A stretch of 64,000 nt of DNA, from the NCBI GenBank assembly GCA_951406725.2, contig OX597830.1, positions 37,882,001 to 37,946,000 on the forward strand. The letters run 5' to 3'. The notes beneath the pieces are model-generated. The model had not been told where the DNA came from and did not search any database. It saw only the letters and a list, made by a program, of their open reading frames with translations. Source of the stretch: Octopus vulgaris. Taxonomy: Eukaryota. This document shows positions 13,261 to 29,495 of this stretch, in pieces; the first letter of the stretch is position 1, and every line of letters begins with the position of its first letter. The position numbers were made by a program, and so were the translations under genes.

Positions 13261-14066
13261 ACATATATATACACATATATATATACATATATATACACAC
13301 ACAGAGACTCAAACACCCACGCCACACACACACACGCGCGCGCGCTAACACATACATATATTGATTGAACGCTTCACCGATACACCGCCTAATACTTACA
13401 TTGTTATGTATGATTTCTAAGTAATTTTGTAAATGATTTTAGAGTTCTTAGCACTGCTGCTTTGTACTCGTATTAATGATGTCCAATTTTCTATCTAACT
13501 AGAATGAGACGCTATTTAGTTCCACCAAATTAAGTTCGAAGGAACGCTTAAGGTCAAGACCGTCGGCGATCAGTTGTAATACATTGGCACTAAATCGACA
13601 TTAGAAAATAAAAAACTCATTTAATTCTGTTTGTTTTCTTCCCAGCCTGCCAGTTTTTCTCCAATTTTCTATTATGTTTTGATGCTATTACTTCTAGGGA
13701 TTGGGCTTTATTTTGACAATACAATGTCGAGGAAATTATGACATTCTCTACTCATGCATATATGCCCCCATCCTATTTCTATCTCAGACGCCTTATCTCT
13801 GAAATAAAACTCACATTTCAATGAATTCTGCACATAATTGCCCGATTTATTATCAGCGTAATGATTCTGTATAGTTGATTTCATATCAACTATATGTCTT
13901 ATAGCCAATTATTTTATATCGCCCCTAAAATCATTAACTATAGTCATGAACATTCTCGTTTTCTACATTCCGTCAATTTTGCGCTATAGTTATTTTTATG
14001 CCAAATTATACTTTGATCAACTGAATAGAAAGCAAAAACGTCCTTTCTCTCTTCCTCTCAGAGTCA

Positions 14067-14196
14067 ACTCACTCACTCACTCACTCACTCACTCACTCAC
14101 TCACTCACACACTCACTCACTCACTCACTCACTCACTCACTCACTCATTCACCCACTCACTCACTAACTCACTCATTCACTCACTCACTCACTCAC
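14067..14196. repeat. (ACTC)n microsatellite
   Basis: Direct reading. Confidence 0.97.
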
Positions 14197-14549
14197 CACA
14201 TACTCTCTTTTACAGAGTGTACTCCTGAGGATTTATTTTTGAAATATACTTTTTAATTTATTTTTGCTACTTTATTTATCATATATACTCTTGCATATAA
14301 ATAGTTAAAATGGAGTATATTTTGTACTTTAAAAACGTATCATATTACTTCAGATATCATGCTGTATCAAGAAGTCGCATAGGTGTTTACAATGGCAAAT
14401 AATACATACTATTCTATAGGAAAATAGGAAAACATAGGAAAATATAATACAATATAATACAATAATAACGATAATAACTAATAATATTGACACATATATA
14501 CATAGCTATATAGATAAATAAATACAGACATTCACACACACGCACACAC

Positions 14550-14606
<57 letters not shown>

Positions 14607-14655
14607 TATATGCACACACCAACAAACACGGCACTTGAAAAACACGCATACGCAA

Positions 14656-14693
<38 letters not shown>

Positions 14694-15544
14694 TCTGTAT
14701 TGCTAACCTCGTAACAAAAGATAACACACTGAAATAGTAAAGAAACATTGAAAGCCAACGCCGTTCTTATATTTTCTCCTATATTAGAATATACTACGGA
14801 GAAATTTAATTAAACTGTAATAGGAACAATAACAAGAGATCTCCCAACACTTCAGTTCTAAAGAAAGGTTTTCACGGGAATCTAACTTCCTGTTTGGTCT
14901 GTCGCAGCTTACATTCAAAGTCAATATGTGTGTAGATAGTCGAGATACAAATGTGTCACGAGTGACATTGCAATAACGAAGCAACACTCTGAGGTAATTT
15001 TTGATTCAGTGTGTTGCTTCGGTAAAACAAATACGAGAAATCTGGAAATCACTCTTGAAAACATTTGTACGAATATACATAAATAACTACATACACATCG
15101 ATCCATGTATTTTCTTTTTCTTTTTCTTTCAAATAATCTGACAGTGAACGTAGAATTATATTTTATAGTTTACTGGGCATTTTGCTTTGCTTTGGTTACC
15201 CTGTATTTCTAATTTGTATTTTGATTATACTGTGATTATAGTCTCAGTTTTTATATATATGGGTTTAGCTTTGTTATCAAAATACTTTTGTAAGTACAAA
15301 TACCCATTGCTCTGGGTATTCATAATTGTATATAATGAAAAGACAGTTTGATCCTGCGAAGGAGTAATTCAAAATAATCACCAGAAGAAACGCATTTCAC
15401 ACATTTGATGAGTGGTCGTGTTTAGGCAATGTTAATTCTATTAACGCACCAATGTGCTACGAGTGGGACCATGTGTGGAGGCAATTGGAGTGAAATGAAA
15501 TAAGAACGACGTTCAATCCATTTTCACTTATTCATCTCTTTTAT

Positions 15545-15905
<361 letters not shown>

Positions 15906-16016
15906 TCTGTAGACACACATATACACACATATCTTATTCTTTTAGTCTCTTAGCAATATCATCTCTAGAGGTGTGGCTATGCTGGGACACCGACAGTACA
16001 CACATGCACATATACA

Positions 16017-16181
16017 TAGGTGTAGGAGTGGCTGTGTTGTAAGAAACTTGCTTCCCAACGGTATAGTCCCGTGTTCGGTCCCACTGCATGATACCTTGGG
16101 CAGGTGTCTTCTGCTATAATCTTGGGACGACCTAAGCCGAGTGAGTGAATTTGGTAGACGGAAACTGAAAGAAACCCGTCG

Positions 16182-16225
<44 letters not shown>

Positions 16226-16227
16226 CG

Positions 16228-16259
<32 letters not shown>

Positions 16260-16452
16260 CTTGTGTGTGTGTATGTGTGTGTATATTTGTGTGTGTGTGA
16301 TGGTGTGTTTACGTCCACGTAACTTAGCAGTTCGGCAAAAGAGACCGACACAATAAGTGGTAGACTCACAAAGAATAAGTCCTGGCGTTGATTTGTTCGA
16401 CTAAAGACAGTGCTCCAACATGGCCGCAGTCAAATGACTGAAGCAAGTAAAA
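16017..16452 (+). mobile_element. SINE family A
   Basis: Colinear match to 5822-6217. Confidence 0.85.
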
Positions 16453-17019
16453 AAGTAAGAAAGAATAGACATACAATCACACACAAACACACAAACACAC
16501 AAACACACACACACACACACACACACACGTATATATATGCTTCATGCTCACCACATATATAGAAACTAATACTTCTCATTGGTTTAGTCTTTTATTCTTT
16601 TATACGTTTCAGCCCTGAGCTTGTGGCTATAATCAGAGTAATGTTCGAAATATTTTGTATTCCATCTTAGTTGGCTACTTTTCTAATTTACTCATTTTTT
16701 GCATTGCTACTCGGTTAAATACAACTGGAAGCAATGCAGTTAATTCCAGGAAGCTCAGTACATTCATACCGCAAGTGTTAAGCATACCCAGGCGTATATT
16801 TAAGTAGGAGTGTATAAAAAGTTAACACCAACGACCTATTTTATCCTCGACTCTACCATTACCAAGATTTCTCCGCCTTCATCTGCGTAGATTGTTAATG
16901 AACAACCTTAAAAATAAGTAATTAATATCACGGCCTTTGATCGTTTCTTTTTTCTTGTGTCGCTCCTTCTCCTCATTCTTCTATTGTTTCCCCTGCTCTT
17001 CCTCTTTCACTTTCTCCTT

Positions 17020-17487
<468 letters not shown>

Positions 17488-18336
17488 GCATGTTCTCCAC
17501 GTATTCTTCCCTCCCTGAACCATGCTCAATGAATAGTATAATTCTTAATTTCGCAGAAATGCAGCTCTTGGTAACCGATTTATTTATTTAGTTATTTATT
17601 TATTTTTATTAGACTATTGACTATTATATTTTTATATAAATATTCTATCATTTATGAATGTCCCATTTTCATAATACTTAAACTGTGAAAAAATAACGAA
17701 CTCTGAATTTTTTTTATATCTCAAGAAATTCATAAGACCATTATACTACAATCAGGCACTTTATGAAAATATCTGTAAAAAATGCAAATAATATTAGAAG
17801 AGTTTGAACGCTTAATGGGGATAATATAAATGTACCAACCGTGTTATCGCATGAAATTGGTTATGGTTTGAGAAAGTGATATCGGCTCCTTAGCTATATA
17901 TATCCAAGCAGTATTTCGACGTAAGTTCATATAATTTGACGTTATCTGTGAAGTAAAACATAAATAAATCATAAGATATACAGCTTTCAACTATTATTAT
18001 CATTCATTGCTTTTAAGGCTAAAAGAAAAGCGTCACGATAAATGATAGGAAAACATTAAATTATAAATTTTTATGCGTTAAATCCAAATAATTCAGATAA
18101 AGGTTTATACTCTTATCTGAATTCTCGAGACCTGAATGTTGGAATCATGCATAGTATAAGTAAAGACTACACGTCATATGTTACACCTCTAGAATGATTG
18201 TGGTAATCCACCGACCCATGAGTTTTCAATTGTATTGAATTAATACTGGACCTTGTATTTATAGTATGTATGACCTAAAGAGTTGCGTGAACGATTGCAT
18301 TCACAGTAGAAACACATGCGTGCGCATAGTTGACAC

Positions 18337-18727
18337 ATACATACATACATACATACATACATACATACATACATACATACATACATACATACGTACGTAT
18401 ATACATACATACATACATACATACATACATACATACATACATACAGGAGAAAGCTAATTCGTAGACTACAGATCCGATGGATCACTGGAACTGTAAAAAT
18501 CTGTAAAACTTTCCAAAAGATAATCATCTAAATATTTATGCAACTATATACATGACAATACATACATAAAATATACAAATATGCACATACATACATCCAC
18601 ACATACATACATACATGCAGACATACATACATATATACATGCATACATACATACATACATACATACATACATACATACACACATATATACATACATACAT
18701 ACATACATACATACATACATACATACA
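18337..18727. repeat. (ACAT)n tracts (two blocks)
   Basis: Direct reading; reverse form at 29538-29682. Confidence 0.95.
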
Positions 18728-19127
18728 AAGTAAAATGCCCTGTTGACGTTGAAATTCTAATTAAGGGGCCGGTTCTTTCTCCATTGGTAAGAAATCTTGA
18801 AATATACTGAATAATCACACACACGCTCACACACACACAGATATGGTGAAGTAAACAGAAAAATTAGAACTCAAAATGTCGGGTTATGTATATTCTTATT
18901 AATATTTGGCAGAAACAACAAAGTGATTCAAGGTCCAAGCGTTTCGTGAGTTGTAATTTAGCGAACATATGCGTGTATGAATGTGTATGTGTGTACGTGC
19001 GTGTGTATGTGTGTGTATGTACATGTATGCACATACATGACAGAATTTTTTTTTTCTTTCTCTTTAGGATCTTTAGGATCGTAATGTACTTTCAGTTTAA
19101 ATTTAATTTTATGTGTGTCTTTGGCAG

Positions 19128-19190
19128 GTGAAGAATATGTTGAGTTTACTGAAATCCAGAAAGAAATACTTTTGATGTGAATCTTTGAAG
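19128..19190 (+). other. Candidate non-coding exon (63 bp)
   Basis: tctttggcag acceptor and AAG|gtatgt donor; all three frames contain stops. Confidence 0.25.
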
Positions 19191-20839
19191 GTATGTGTGA
19201 CACAATAGAAATGCGTAAGAGTAGCAGAAGTACACAACAGACATCAACACTAGTTGTTACTATGCACATTGTCATACATTTATTGTTATTGTTTTGTTGT
19301 TGTTACTGTGGATGTTAGGCGGAAGCTTGTCCTTATTAGTCAGAATCATTGTAAAATGTATTCCAATTATGACGACCCGCATGTTTTTAAATCTAGATCA
19401 AAATTATACAGTGCGTCTGGACTTTTTCTTAACATATCCGTATGTAATTAAGGAGCACAATTTATTCTAGTCACAGAAACAGAGATAACGAAAAGCATCA
19501 GCGCACGGAGATTGCAATTAGGAGAACATAATTTGGTCGATGTCTAAAGAAAAAGAAAACTCTCAAAGGCGAAATATTCCTCTTTATGCGTATATTAAGT
19601 GAGACATAACCTCGTAAATTGTTAGATTCTTCCTTGGGGATCAAATTAACAAGATAGCTGAATGTGCTTTCAATATCAATTTTACAGTAGGGAACATTCC
19701 GACTTTTAACCATTTATAACAGTCCATACTATGATAAATTAGTCAATATGATGAGCTTTTGATTGCGCCAATATTGAAGACATTATTAATCCCTGAGCGT
19801 GTAAACAAAACTCTTTTTATATAGTTTTTAACATTTAACATTTAAAACTTAGATTATGTCTGTGTTACCAACTGCCATAGAATTGTTTTTTAAAAAGTGT
19901 ATTTCTAATGTTTATTGGATTTATATGTTTTTGATTTGCAATAAGAAATTCTCAACAACAGTTTTACACAAAAACATAGAAATTATATACATAGAAATTA
20001 TTTCAAGATTAAAAAAAAAAAAGATGTGTAGCAAAATGCACATATTACATCACCATAGTAATAAATCTAATACAAGTGAAAATTAACTTGACTAGCTATA
20101 AACTATTAGGTTTTGTTCCAAATGTTTATTTATTAAGCTACATTAAAATTATAAATCACAATAACCAAATCAAACTTTTGATGTGAGTTATTTTAAATAG
20201 ACAAAACTAAAAAAAGAAAAATTAATTTAAATGCAATTTCCTAATTGATTTTAAATAAATTTGTGTCAGCGGAGTTAACAAAACAAACACGCAGCCAAGA
20301 TTGTGGAAAATTCAAATATGAGGCTCAAATCTGTTTGCTGATGGAAGAAAACTAATATTTATTAACATGCAATGAATTTTCAAATATAATAGCTAAATGT
20401 GCAAGGTCTCATTTATTTAATGAATTTAAAGAGTTCCAATTTACTACCTAAAAACGCATCATCCTTCTTTATGAGTGACGGAACTAGCAACTCTGACTCG
20501 GCCATACTTCTCTAGATGTTTTTCGAGATTATTCCTGAGATTCCATATATTGATAGGAAGAAGTCAAATTTCAATTTGTCCCAAATATTCTCTATGCACG
20601 ACTGGTTGCTTTAGCACATGATAAAGTATACGTTAGCCACCAAACAAAAGTTGATACGACAAATACGATGGTATATTTGAAATCAGTGTAACACATGTGG
20701 ACAAAAACTGAATAACTTTGAATTAAAACAATATAATATTTCTTTGTATTTGTAAGCGAGTTGCAACCGTATCAGCACATCTTTCACATGGGTAGACAGT
20801 TTCCTCTGAAAACACAGCATATTTGCATAAAAGAGGAAG

Positions 20840-21010
20840 GAAGTGAGCTGCCAGAATAGTCAGGAGTGCGGCAAAATGCTTAGCGATTTTTCATTCGCGT
20901 ATTTCCGGTCTGCTTTCAAATTTTACCGAGGTCCATTGTTGCTTTCGGGGTCGATAAATATAAACCGACAGTAGAAAACTGCGATTGATGAAATTCACTA
21001 CCCACTCCCT
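20840..21010 (+). mobile_element. SINE family B, old copy
   Basis: gtgagctgccagaatag...caaaatgcttagcg...ccgaggtc...tttcggggtcgataaa. Confidence 0.6.
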
Positions 21011-21676
21011 TCAACCTTGTTGAAAATTAGGAATAATGTTTGTATAAAACATATCTTTTGTCACACAACAGTATTGATAAATGTATAGAATGTATATTTG
21101 ATAGTCGAAACCGATTAGAGAGTTATGACTCTTCATTACCGCTTTTATGTATAAATGTACTAAAGTAAATGATTTTTCAATGAAATCGTGGTGAAATTAA
21201 TGTAATTGACATTAGAACTAAAAAGGGAACCCATTGTGTATACTTAGAATATTTTACCAATACTTGTTCTCGATGGACTGCTTGTAAACCACAAAACAAT
21301 CTCCTCTCAGGTAGAATGGTAACGGAACTCTACATGTAGATTAAATGTGACCGCATAACCAACTATGATCTCAGTATATATTTTAATTCATGATCACATA
21401 CACATCACTATACATATTTTCTCTCACTACTTTAGCTTTACATCTTTGTAAACAATTACCTCCTCTAACCCCAATAATAACGATCACTAATTACTGCCCT
21501 TAGATTTTTCTACTTGTTGAATCATTCATACATGAAATTCTAAAGAAAATACGAATATACAATATTTTGAATGCCATTATTAGCGGAAGCGAGACTGGTC
21601 GACAAACACAATATAAGATATATTAAAAAATATACAAAAACTATATGAAGTTTCCGCATTTTTCTTCTTCTCTAAT

Positions 21677-21752
<76 letters not shown>

Positions 21753-21754
<2 letters not shown>

Positions 21755-21954
21755 TTAATCCAAACATAAAAACACAGAGAGAAAACACAACAACGCGAGG
21801 ACGTGGAACAAATATAGTATTATTGGACGCTCAGGAAGGAAGGGAAGAAGGAGGGTGTAACGTTTCGAGCGGAGCTCTTAGTCGGAAACATAAGAGAAGG
21901 AAAGATCCAGAAAAGGCTAGACAGGGGATAAAAAATCGCCAACGGTACACACGC

Positions 21955-21957
<3 letters not shown>
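21753..21957 (-). mobile_element. ~200-bp Penelope-like terminal repeat with a hammerhead-like motif, inserted in (TA)n
   Basis: Near-identical to 52272-52466; contains gtttccgactaagagctccgctcgaaacgttac. Confidence 0.65.
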
Positions 21958-21988
<31 letters not shown>

Positions 21989-22550
21989 TAGATAGATAGA
22001 TATGGGGGGAGGTTAAACAAAGATGGGTTAACAGTGGTTCACGACGTACGCTTCTGTGCATCGCATCAGCTTTAAATTGTCGAGTTCATATTCATATAGC
22101 ATTATGTATCACTACTCTTAATAATTACCACGTATTGGGATAGCGCTCAATCACGTAGAATTTCTGTGTATATTCACCGGAATTTTGCGAGTTTCCCCAA
22201 CTACCTAATGCAACGCTGATTCGCCTAGAGATTATTATTTTCGTCAGATGAGTGAATGAGGCGACATGAAATGAATTGGTTTGCTCAAAAACACAAAAAA
22301 TCACAACAGAAACACAAAAGCACAACAAAAATATAACAGGAATCTAAAACAGAATCTTCTGACAGCAAATTCAAGCACTAACTATTAGGCTACACTCCTC
22401 CACAGGCGCACTTACTTATATAGATAAGTAGATACACACACATATACACACACGCCTATGTATACATATGTAGATATCTATACATACATATATATATATA
22501 AATATATACATATATATATACAAATATACATATGTATATATATATACACA

Positions 22551-22649
<99 letters not shown>

Positions 22650-22842
22650 TTAAACATATGTGAGTATGTAGGTATACATAACTTAACTTCATCGATAAAA
22701 TGAACCCAGTGGGAAAAATGAAATGATTTATTTCCTGTAATGTTACTATTTGCAAGTAGAATATTGGAATTCATACACGTGCATACACACTCACGCACTC
22801 TCACACGCATATATATATATATATATACATACATATATATAC

Positions 22843-22895
<53 letters not shown>

Positions 22896-22992
22896 TATAG
22901 AGAGAGAGTGTGAAATAGATACATAGATAGAAAGATAAATAGATAAATACATAGGCAGATGGATTGATACATAAATAGATAGTTAGTTAGAC

Positions 22993-23037
<45 letters not shown>

Positions 23038-23091
23038 TATAGATAGATAGATAAATAGATAGATAGATCAATAGATAGATAGTTAGATAGT

Positions 23092-23182
<91 letters not shown>

Positions 23183-23226
23183 ATATGTAGATAGATATCT
23201 AGACAGATAGATAGATTGATAGACAT

Positions 23227-23274
<48 letters not shown>

Positions 23275-23855
23275 ATAGATGTATAGATAAATAGGTAGAT
23301 AGATAGACGGATAGATAGATAGATAGAAATATACTGAAGACGGATATGAGTGAGAAATGTATAGATTATATAGTTGGTCTGGTACACTTATACGCATACA
23401 CATATGTGTGTGGGAGTAAGGAGGTGTTGTGGATTCGTCTGTGTGTGTTCGTGCATATTCTTGTGAGCGTGTGCCCATGAAATAGAGAGAGAGAGAGAGA
23501 TAGAGAGAAAAACGTTTTTGTGTGTATCAATAAACGAATCCCATTTTCTTAATGTCACATGAAATTGTGTTGTATTAAGTGTGATTGATAAAAGAGGAGC
23601 CTGGTCTTTATAAACATCATTGAAGTTTAGAATTATTCCTCAAGGATATATTGAATGGACGTGTCCAAGAAATGCGTCGTGAAGAAAAGGATTTGTATAA
23701 ATACGAAACAGAGGACCTATGCAAAATGAAGATAGTGAAAAAGGAAAACCCAAACTAATAACTAGAAAGGGAATAAAAATTCTATGGACATGGAAATGAT
23801 ATGGAAATGCGTTATAACCATTATGCAAACGAATATTTTCTTCTAAAATTGCGTG

Positions 23856-23890
<35 letters not shown>

Positions 23891-24142
23891 TGTGTGTGTG
23901 TATGTATGTATGTATATATATATATATATATGTGTTTCTGTAACCATGCATTGGAAATATGCATATGTACTTATTCACAGGCGTATACATTGACACACGC
24001 ATACATCCATTGACAGAATGAATATGAATATGAACATGCTTTTAGATGCAGAATATATCCGTATTTTACTCTATAGTTTTGCAGTATTAACAAGGATAGC
24101 TATTTATATTTGGAGCCCATTCAAAACACACACACATATATG

Positions 24143-24209
<67 letters not shown>

Positions 24210-24857
24210 AATTGCAAATGTATGCATCGGCAGATATGTATAATTTTATACTTGTGATTTGTGTCAACTCATGTGTGTGCATGTGTGGAGATGCAAAGAA
24301 CTTGCAGAATGTGCATGCCTGAATATAAATAATATCAGGCGAAGGAAAGAAAAAACAAGAAGGCTTAGTTGAAACTAAACGGAGATATTTATAGTTCTTA
24401 TAAAGAGGTATTAAATAAAGATCGACGCTGATTATGGGAAACAAATATTTGAGTGGCTTTGGCATTCAATAGCTCCCTATCTCTATCAAAATAGTTTTTA
24501 AAACTATCTTTCCAAAAACTAATGTCACTATTGCACAATACCCATCTTTATTTATTTACTTATAGAAATACATCTGTTCTTTCGCGAAGAGATGCATATC
24601 TAATATTTTTGCATCAATAATTGTCTATCCTTTATGATATATATATATATATATATATATACATACACACACATACATATTTATAAATACATATATGAAT
24701 ATATACATATATATATAATGTATATATACACACATATATACCTATATATATGTGTGTATGTACATGTATATCTACATACGGATATATATAAATAGATAGA
24801 TATAGACATTTATATATATATACATATGTATGTGTATGTATATATATATATATGCGT

Positions 24858-24893
<36 letters not shown>

Positions 24894-24894
24894 T

Positions 24895-24925
<31 letters not shown>

Positions 24926-26158
24926 TTGTGCGTGTGTGTGTGTGTAATACCTTTTCTTTTCCCCATCCACTTATTTCTCTCCTTAACTTTCACTCCTCTG
25001 CTGTTTAAATATATGTCCACATCAGCATGCCAATACATGAAGCGCTCACATTTTTACATATCTACATATCTATATGTGCATGCGTATATATGCATGCATT
25101 CTGTAGTTATGATATACGTGTTTGTATATGTGCATGTCTTTGTAAATGTATATATGTGTGTGTGTTTCATGGATTAGCTATCTTTATATATTGGCATATT
25201 AAAACACTCATATATTTAATTCGACGATGGTAATTCCTTTCACTGTGAAATACTTTTACGCAAATCTCCCTCTCGTATCCATCCATCCATACACCACAAC
25301 CAGTGTATAACATATTTCAAGAGAGAACACTGACAAAACAGCAACTCTAAAATCAACGTTCGGCTCATTACAAATCGTTGAAAATGCAGTATCGATTTCT
25401 TGCGACCGCTTACAAAAGCTGTGAGGAGTCAATAACAAGTGATACTGAATACAATATTCGATTCCTAATAGCAACAACAACAAATATACCATCAATAATA
25501 ACTTTCCTTCTCGGCACCATCCTGCGTTCCACCACCGCATAAGCAGTAACTTCACCAATTCTAAACGCAAGAACAACAATAGTAACAAAAATTGTCTGCA
25601 CCAGCAATTATTACGAAATATACATATAGAAAACAAATGCGCCAAACGCAATTGTGCACAATGGCTTAGAAGACGTAAATGATATTAATAATTGAAAAAG
25701 GAAGCTCGGGAAAGTTGGTGGCGGATTTGATGAAAGTTATAGGTGTGAATATTCTAGGAAAGACAACGAAAGCTGACGAAAGTAGTGCAAGATGGAATGA
25801 AAAAGTAATAATATGATAATCCAACGCCAATCCGCTCTATGTATGATAAGAATCTATTGTGAATGTTACAACCGAGACAACAGGAACAGAATAATTTATC
25901 TCAGGAGTGGCATACTTTCTGTGTGAATAGAATCTTTTAGGAACATCGAACTAGGTATTATCTGTAATAATATGCAGTTACTACGTAGTCTAACTGATTT
26001 AACATATTTCAATACTTTGCAATGTCTCACATATTTTTCTTTTTAGGTGTCTTTTGCAGATTTCATGCGTCTCTGAAGAAGTTCATTATTTTCATTAACA
26101 AACATTTCTATTGACTGTTGAGAAGTTTCAGTTAAACATGTATGTGGTTTCATCAGCG

Positions 26159-26270
<112 letters not shown>

Positions 26271-26322
26271 ATATGTATCTATCTATCTATCTATCTATCT
26301 ATCTAACTATCTATCTATATAG

Positions 26323-26454
<132 letters not shown>

Positions 26455-26746
26455 GTCTGTCTATTTATCGATGGATCTAAGACAAAGTGTTCGGTCTGCA
26501 CGTTGTAACTGTTTTCCTACTCCAGTTTCTCCTTAACTTCCGTGCATTTTTTTTCCTTCTACACACATATCTAATGACAGATTATTTGCGACGATTATGT
26601 CGTTATAATGATTAACATTTACCCTTTCTCTGAAGGTCAAAATAATAACGCTAATTGAGATCCTACATCCCTTTCACTTTTAATCTCTTCAGTTTTCTTC
26701 TCCTTATGTATCCACATACACAAGTATATACCCTTACACGCACTCG

Positions 26747-26786
<40 letters not shown>

Positions 26787-27038
26787 ATGTATATTAGTTT
26801 TGACCCTGTACCTGTGCGCGTGTGTTTGTTATCTTCCCGCTTAGCTTTAACGGTACCATTAACGAGTTTTAAGAAGTCAATACACTTATATATACATATA
26901 AGTATATATGTATATATATATATATATGTATATATATAGGTATATACAGGCATACATATAATATATATATTATATATATATATATTCATATATATTATAT
27001 ATATACATATATGTCTACATACATAAATACATACATAT

Positions 27039-27111
<73 letters not shown>

Positions 27112-27157
27112 TGCGAAAATCGATGAAAACAACAAGAGAATTGTCGGAAACTTTAAA

Positions 27158-27360
27158 GAAAAATTAAAGAGAAAATAACAGGTGTAAAATCACATTGAAA
27201 TGTATTAAATTGCATTACTTTAAATGTATTAAATGGTTTTAACCTACATTACATCACTGGTCTCATCTGTCTAGCAAATTTGTTTCTCTCATGCACTGTG
27301 AGTTAAAGATATTTCATGCATTTAAATGAAGTATTACACCTGTTTTTATCTCGATTTTTC
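27158..27360. repeat. Degenerate inverted-repeat element
   Basis: gagaaaataacaggtgtaaaatcacattgaaatgtattaaat versus atttcatgcatttaaatgaagtattacacctgtttttatctc. Confidence 0.6.
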
Positions 27361-27414
27361 TTTCTTGTTCTGAAGAGATTACTATAATTCTTTTAACAGT
27401 TTTGTGCAACTTGA

Positions 27415-27610
27415 AGGTGGCGTCATAGCAGAAATGTTAGCACGCCGGGCAAAATGCTTAGCGGCCTTTCGTCTGCCATTACGTTCTGAGTTCAAATTCC
27501 TCCGAGGTCGACTTTGCTTTTCATCCTTTCAGGGTTGATAAATTAAGTACCAGTTGCGTACTGGAGTCCATCTAATCGACGGACACCCTCCCCAAAAGTT
27601 TCGGACCTAG
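27415..27610 (+). mobile_element. SINE family B (variant tail)
   Basis: Head and core match 2622-2850; tail diverges after aatcgac. Confidence 0.8.
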
Positions 27611-27999
27611 AGTACAAAGAAATATGTTTGTGCTTTTTCACCTATCCTTTGCATAAATTTTTTTTATGTTCAGTTATAGTAAGAACCATTTTATACTAAT
27701 CTGACCTGTACTGATCAGTACATTTTTGAGGTACAAATTCCTTTTCATTCTTAAACAAGAATGTTCTTTCAATTCAAGTCTATATTTCGGACAGTTAAAC
27801 CATCGTCGGACTGCGGTGCATTAAAGTTGTACTTGCTGTGGGTGGGCTGAAAAAAATGATAGGCTGACTACGAAGGAATGACGCCAGAGCTATGACGTAG
27901 CATTACCGTTTCATAGCCTATGAACATACATACATATATACATACATACACACACACATACTTAGATACATGCATACACACATACACATATACATGTAT

Positions 28000-28325
28000 T
28001 TGGCTATGTTGTAAGAAACTCGTTTACCAACCACATGGTTTGGGGTTCAGTCCCTCTGCGTGTCACTTTGTCCAAATGACTTCTGCTATAGCCTCGGACC
28101 GGCCAATATATAAATGTGTGTATATGTTTTTATGTTTGTTTCTCCGCCCATCCCATCGCTTAACAACTGATGGTAGTGTATTTACGACCCCGTAAACTTA
28201 GCAGTTCGGCAAAAAGGACTGATAGTGTAAGTACTTGGATTGCAAATAGTAAGCCCCGGGATCGATTTGTTCGACTAAAAGCGGTGCGCTAGCATGGCCG
28301 CAGTCAAATCACTGAAACAAATAAA
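28000..28325 (+). mobile_element. SINE family A, diverged
   Basis: Head tggctatgttgtaag...ggttcagtccc and tail gcggtgcgctagcatggccgcagtcaaatcactgaaac. Confidence 0.8.
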
Positions 28326-28381
28326 CGAAAAAAATATATGCATATAGAGAGAGTGGGGTATATAGCTAGATAGACAGACAA

Positions 28382-28454
<73 letters not shown>

Positions 28455-29028
28455 CAGATAGATAGATAGAAAGATAGATAAATAGATAGATAGATAGATG
28501 GATGGATAAATAGATGGATAGATGGATTGATTGATTAATTGATTGAATTGATTGTTAGATCGTTGGTAAAAGAAACGGAGATAAGTCAATAAATAAATCA
28601 TCATGCATCCATGTCATATTCGATTATGACAACCAAGAAGAAATGAACTCATCTATTGCAATGTTCCAAAATAATTCTATTCCGTAGTTTCGTCAAAATA
28701 TAGCACAATTTCAGAATGTTCTTCCTTTTCTTTCCGATTTTCTCTGTCACACACACGCACACAAGCACTCATGTACACAGGCACACATGCATAGAAACAC
28801 GCACAGACTGCTTTCCCTTTTGTTATCTTTTGGAGATGCTGCTGTACAATTTACAAACACATTCAAACTTTTTACCTTGTTTTGGTCCATATCCAATGTG
28901 TACAAACACACTCAATATGATTATCTTGTTTTGGTAAACTTCTAATGAAAACGAAGCGGACCAGAATCTGGAGAAGACGAAAGGAAAAATAGCTACCCAA
29001 ATCGATGAAGAGCAGTTCTCCTCATCAT

Positions 29029-29073
<45 letters not shown>

Positions 29074-29249
29074 CACAAGGGAGCGCTGAAAGGTTCTTTG
29101 CTTTAAGGGTATCACGATGTTAGAGTGCTTTTACAGGGCTTAGAAAACTCGAAAGACTGCTACATATGTTGAATAAAATCAGTTAACTCATCCTCCTCTA
29201 TTTTCTCTTACCCAAACCCAGGAACTTTTCTATACCTCACCCCCGATAT
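29074..29249. mobile_element. Degenerate mariner-type MITE
   Basis: Imperfect TIRs gctgaaaggttctttgcttt / aaacccaggaacttttc in a TA-rich context, ~175 bp. Confidence 0.45.
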
Positions 29250-29283
29250 ATGTGTGTATGTATATATATATTTCTCTCTCTAG

Positions 29284-29337
<54 letters not shown>

Positions 29338-29371
29338 ATGTGTGTATGTGTGTGTGTATGAATATATATCC

Positions 29372-29495
29372 TTTAATTGTTTTAGTCATTTGACTTCAGC
29401 TATGCTGGAGCATCGCCTTTAGTCGAAGATATCGAACCCATCACTTATTCTTTGTAAGCCTAGTACTTATTCAACCGGTCTCTTTTGCTGAGCCT
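29372..29495 (-). mobile_element. SINE family A, 3' fragment
   Basis: Tail ttttagtcatttgacttcagctatgctggagcatcgcc plus adjacent body. Confidence 0.75.

Noticed and set aside
14211-14326. 15-bp imperfect inverted repeat (tacagagtgtactcc / ggagtatattttgta)
   Set aside because: Short, three mismatches, AT-rich context; insufficient for a MITE call.
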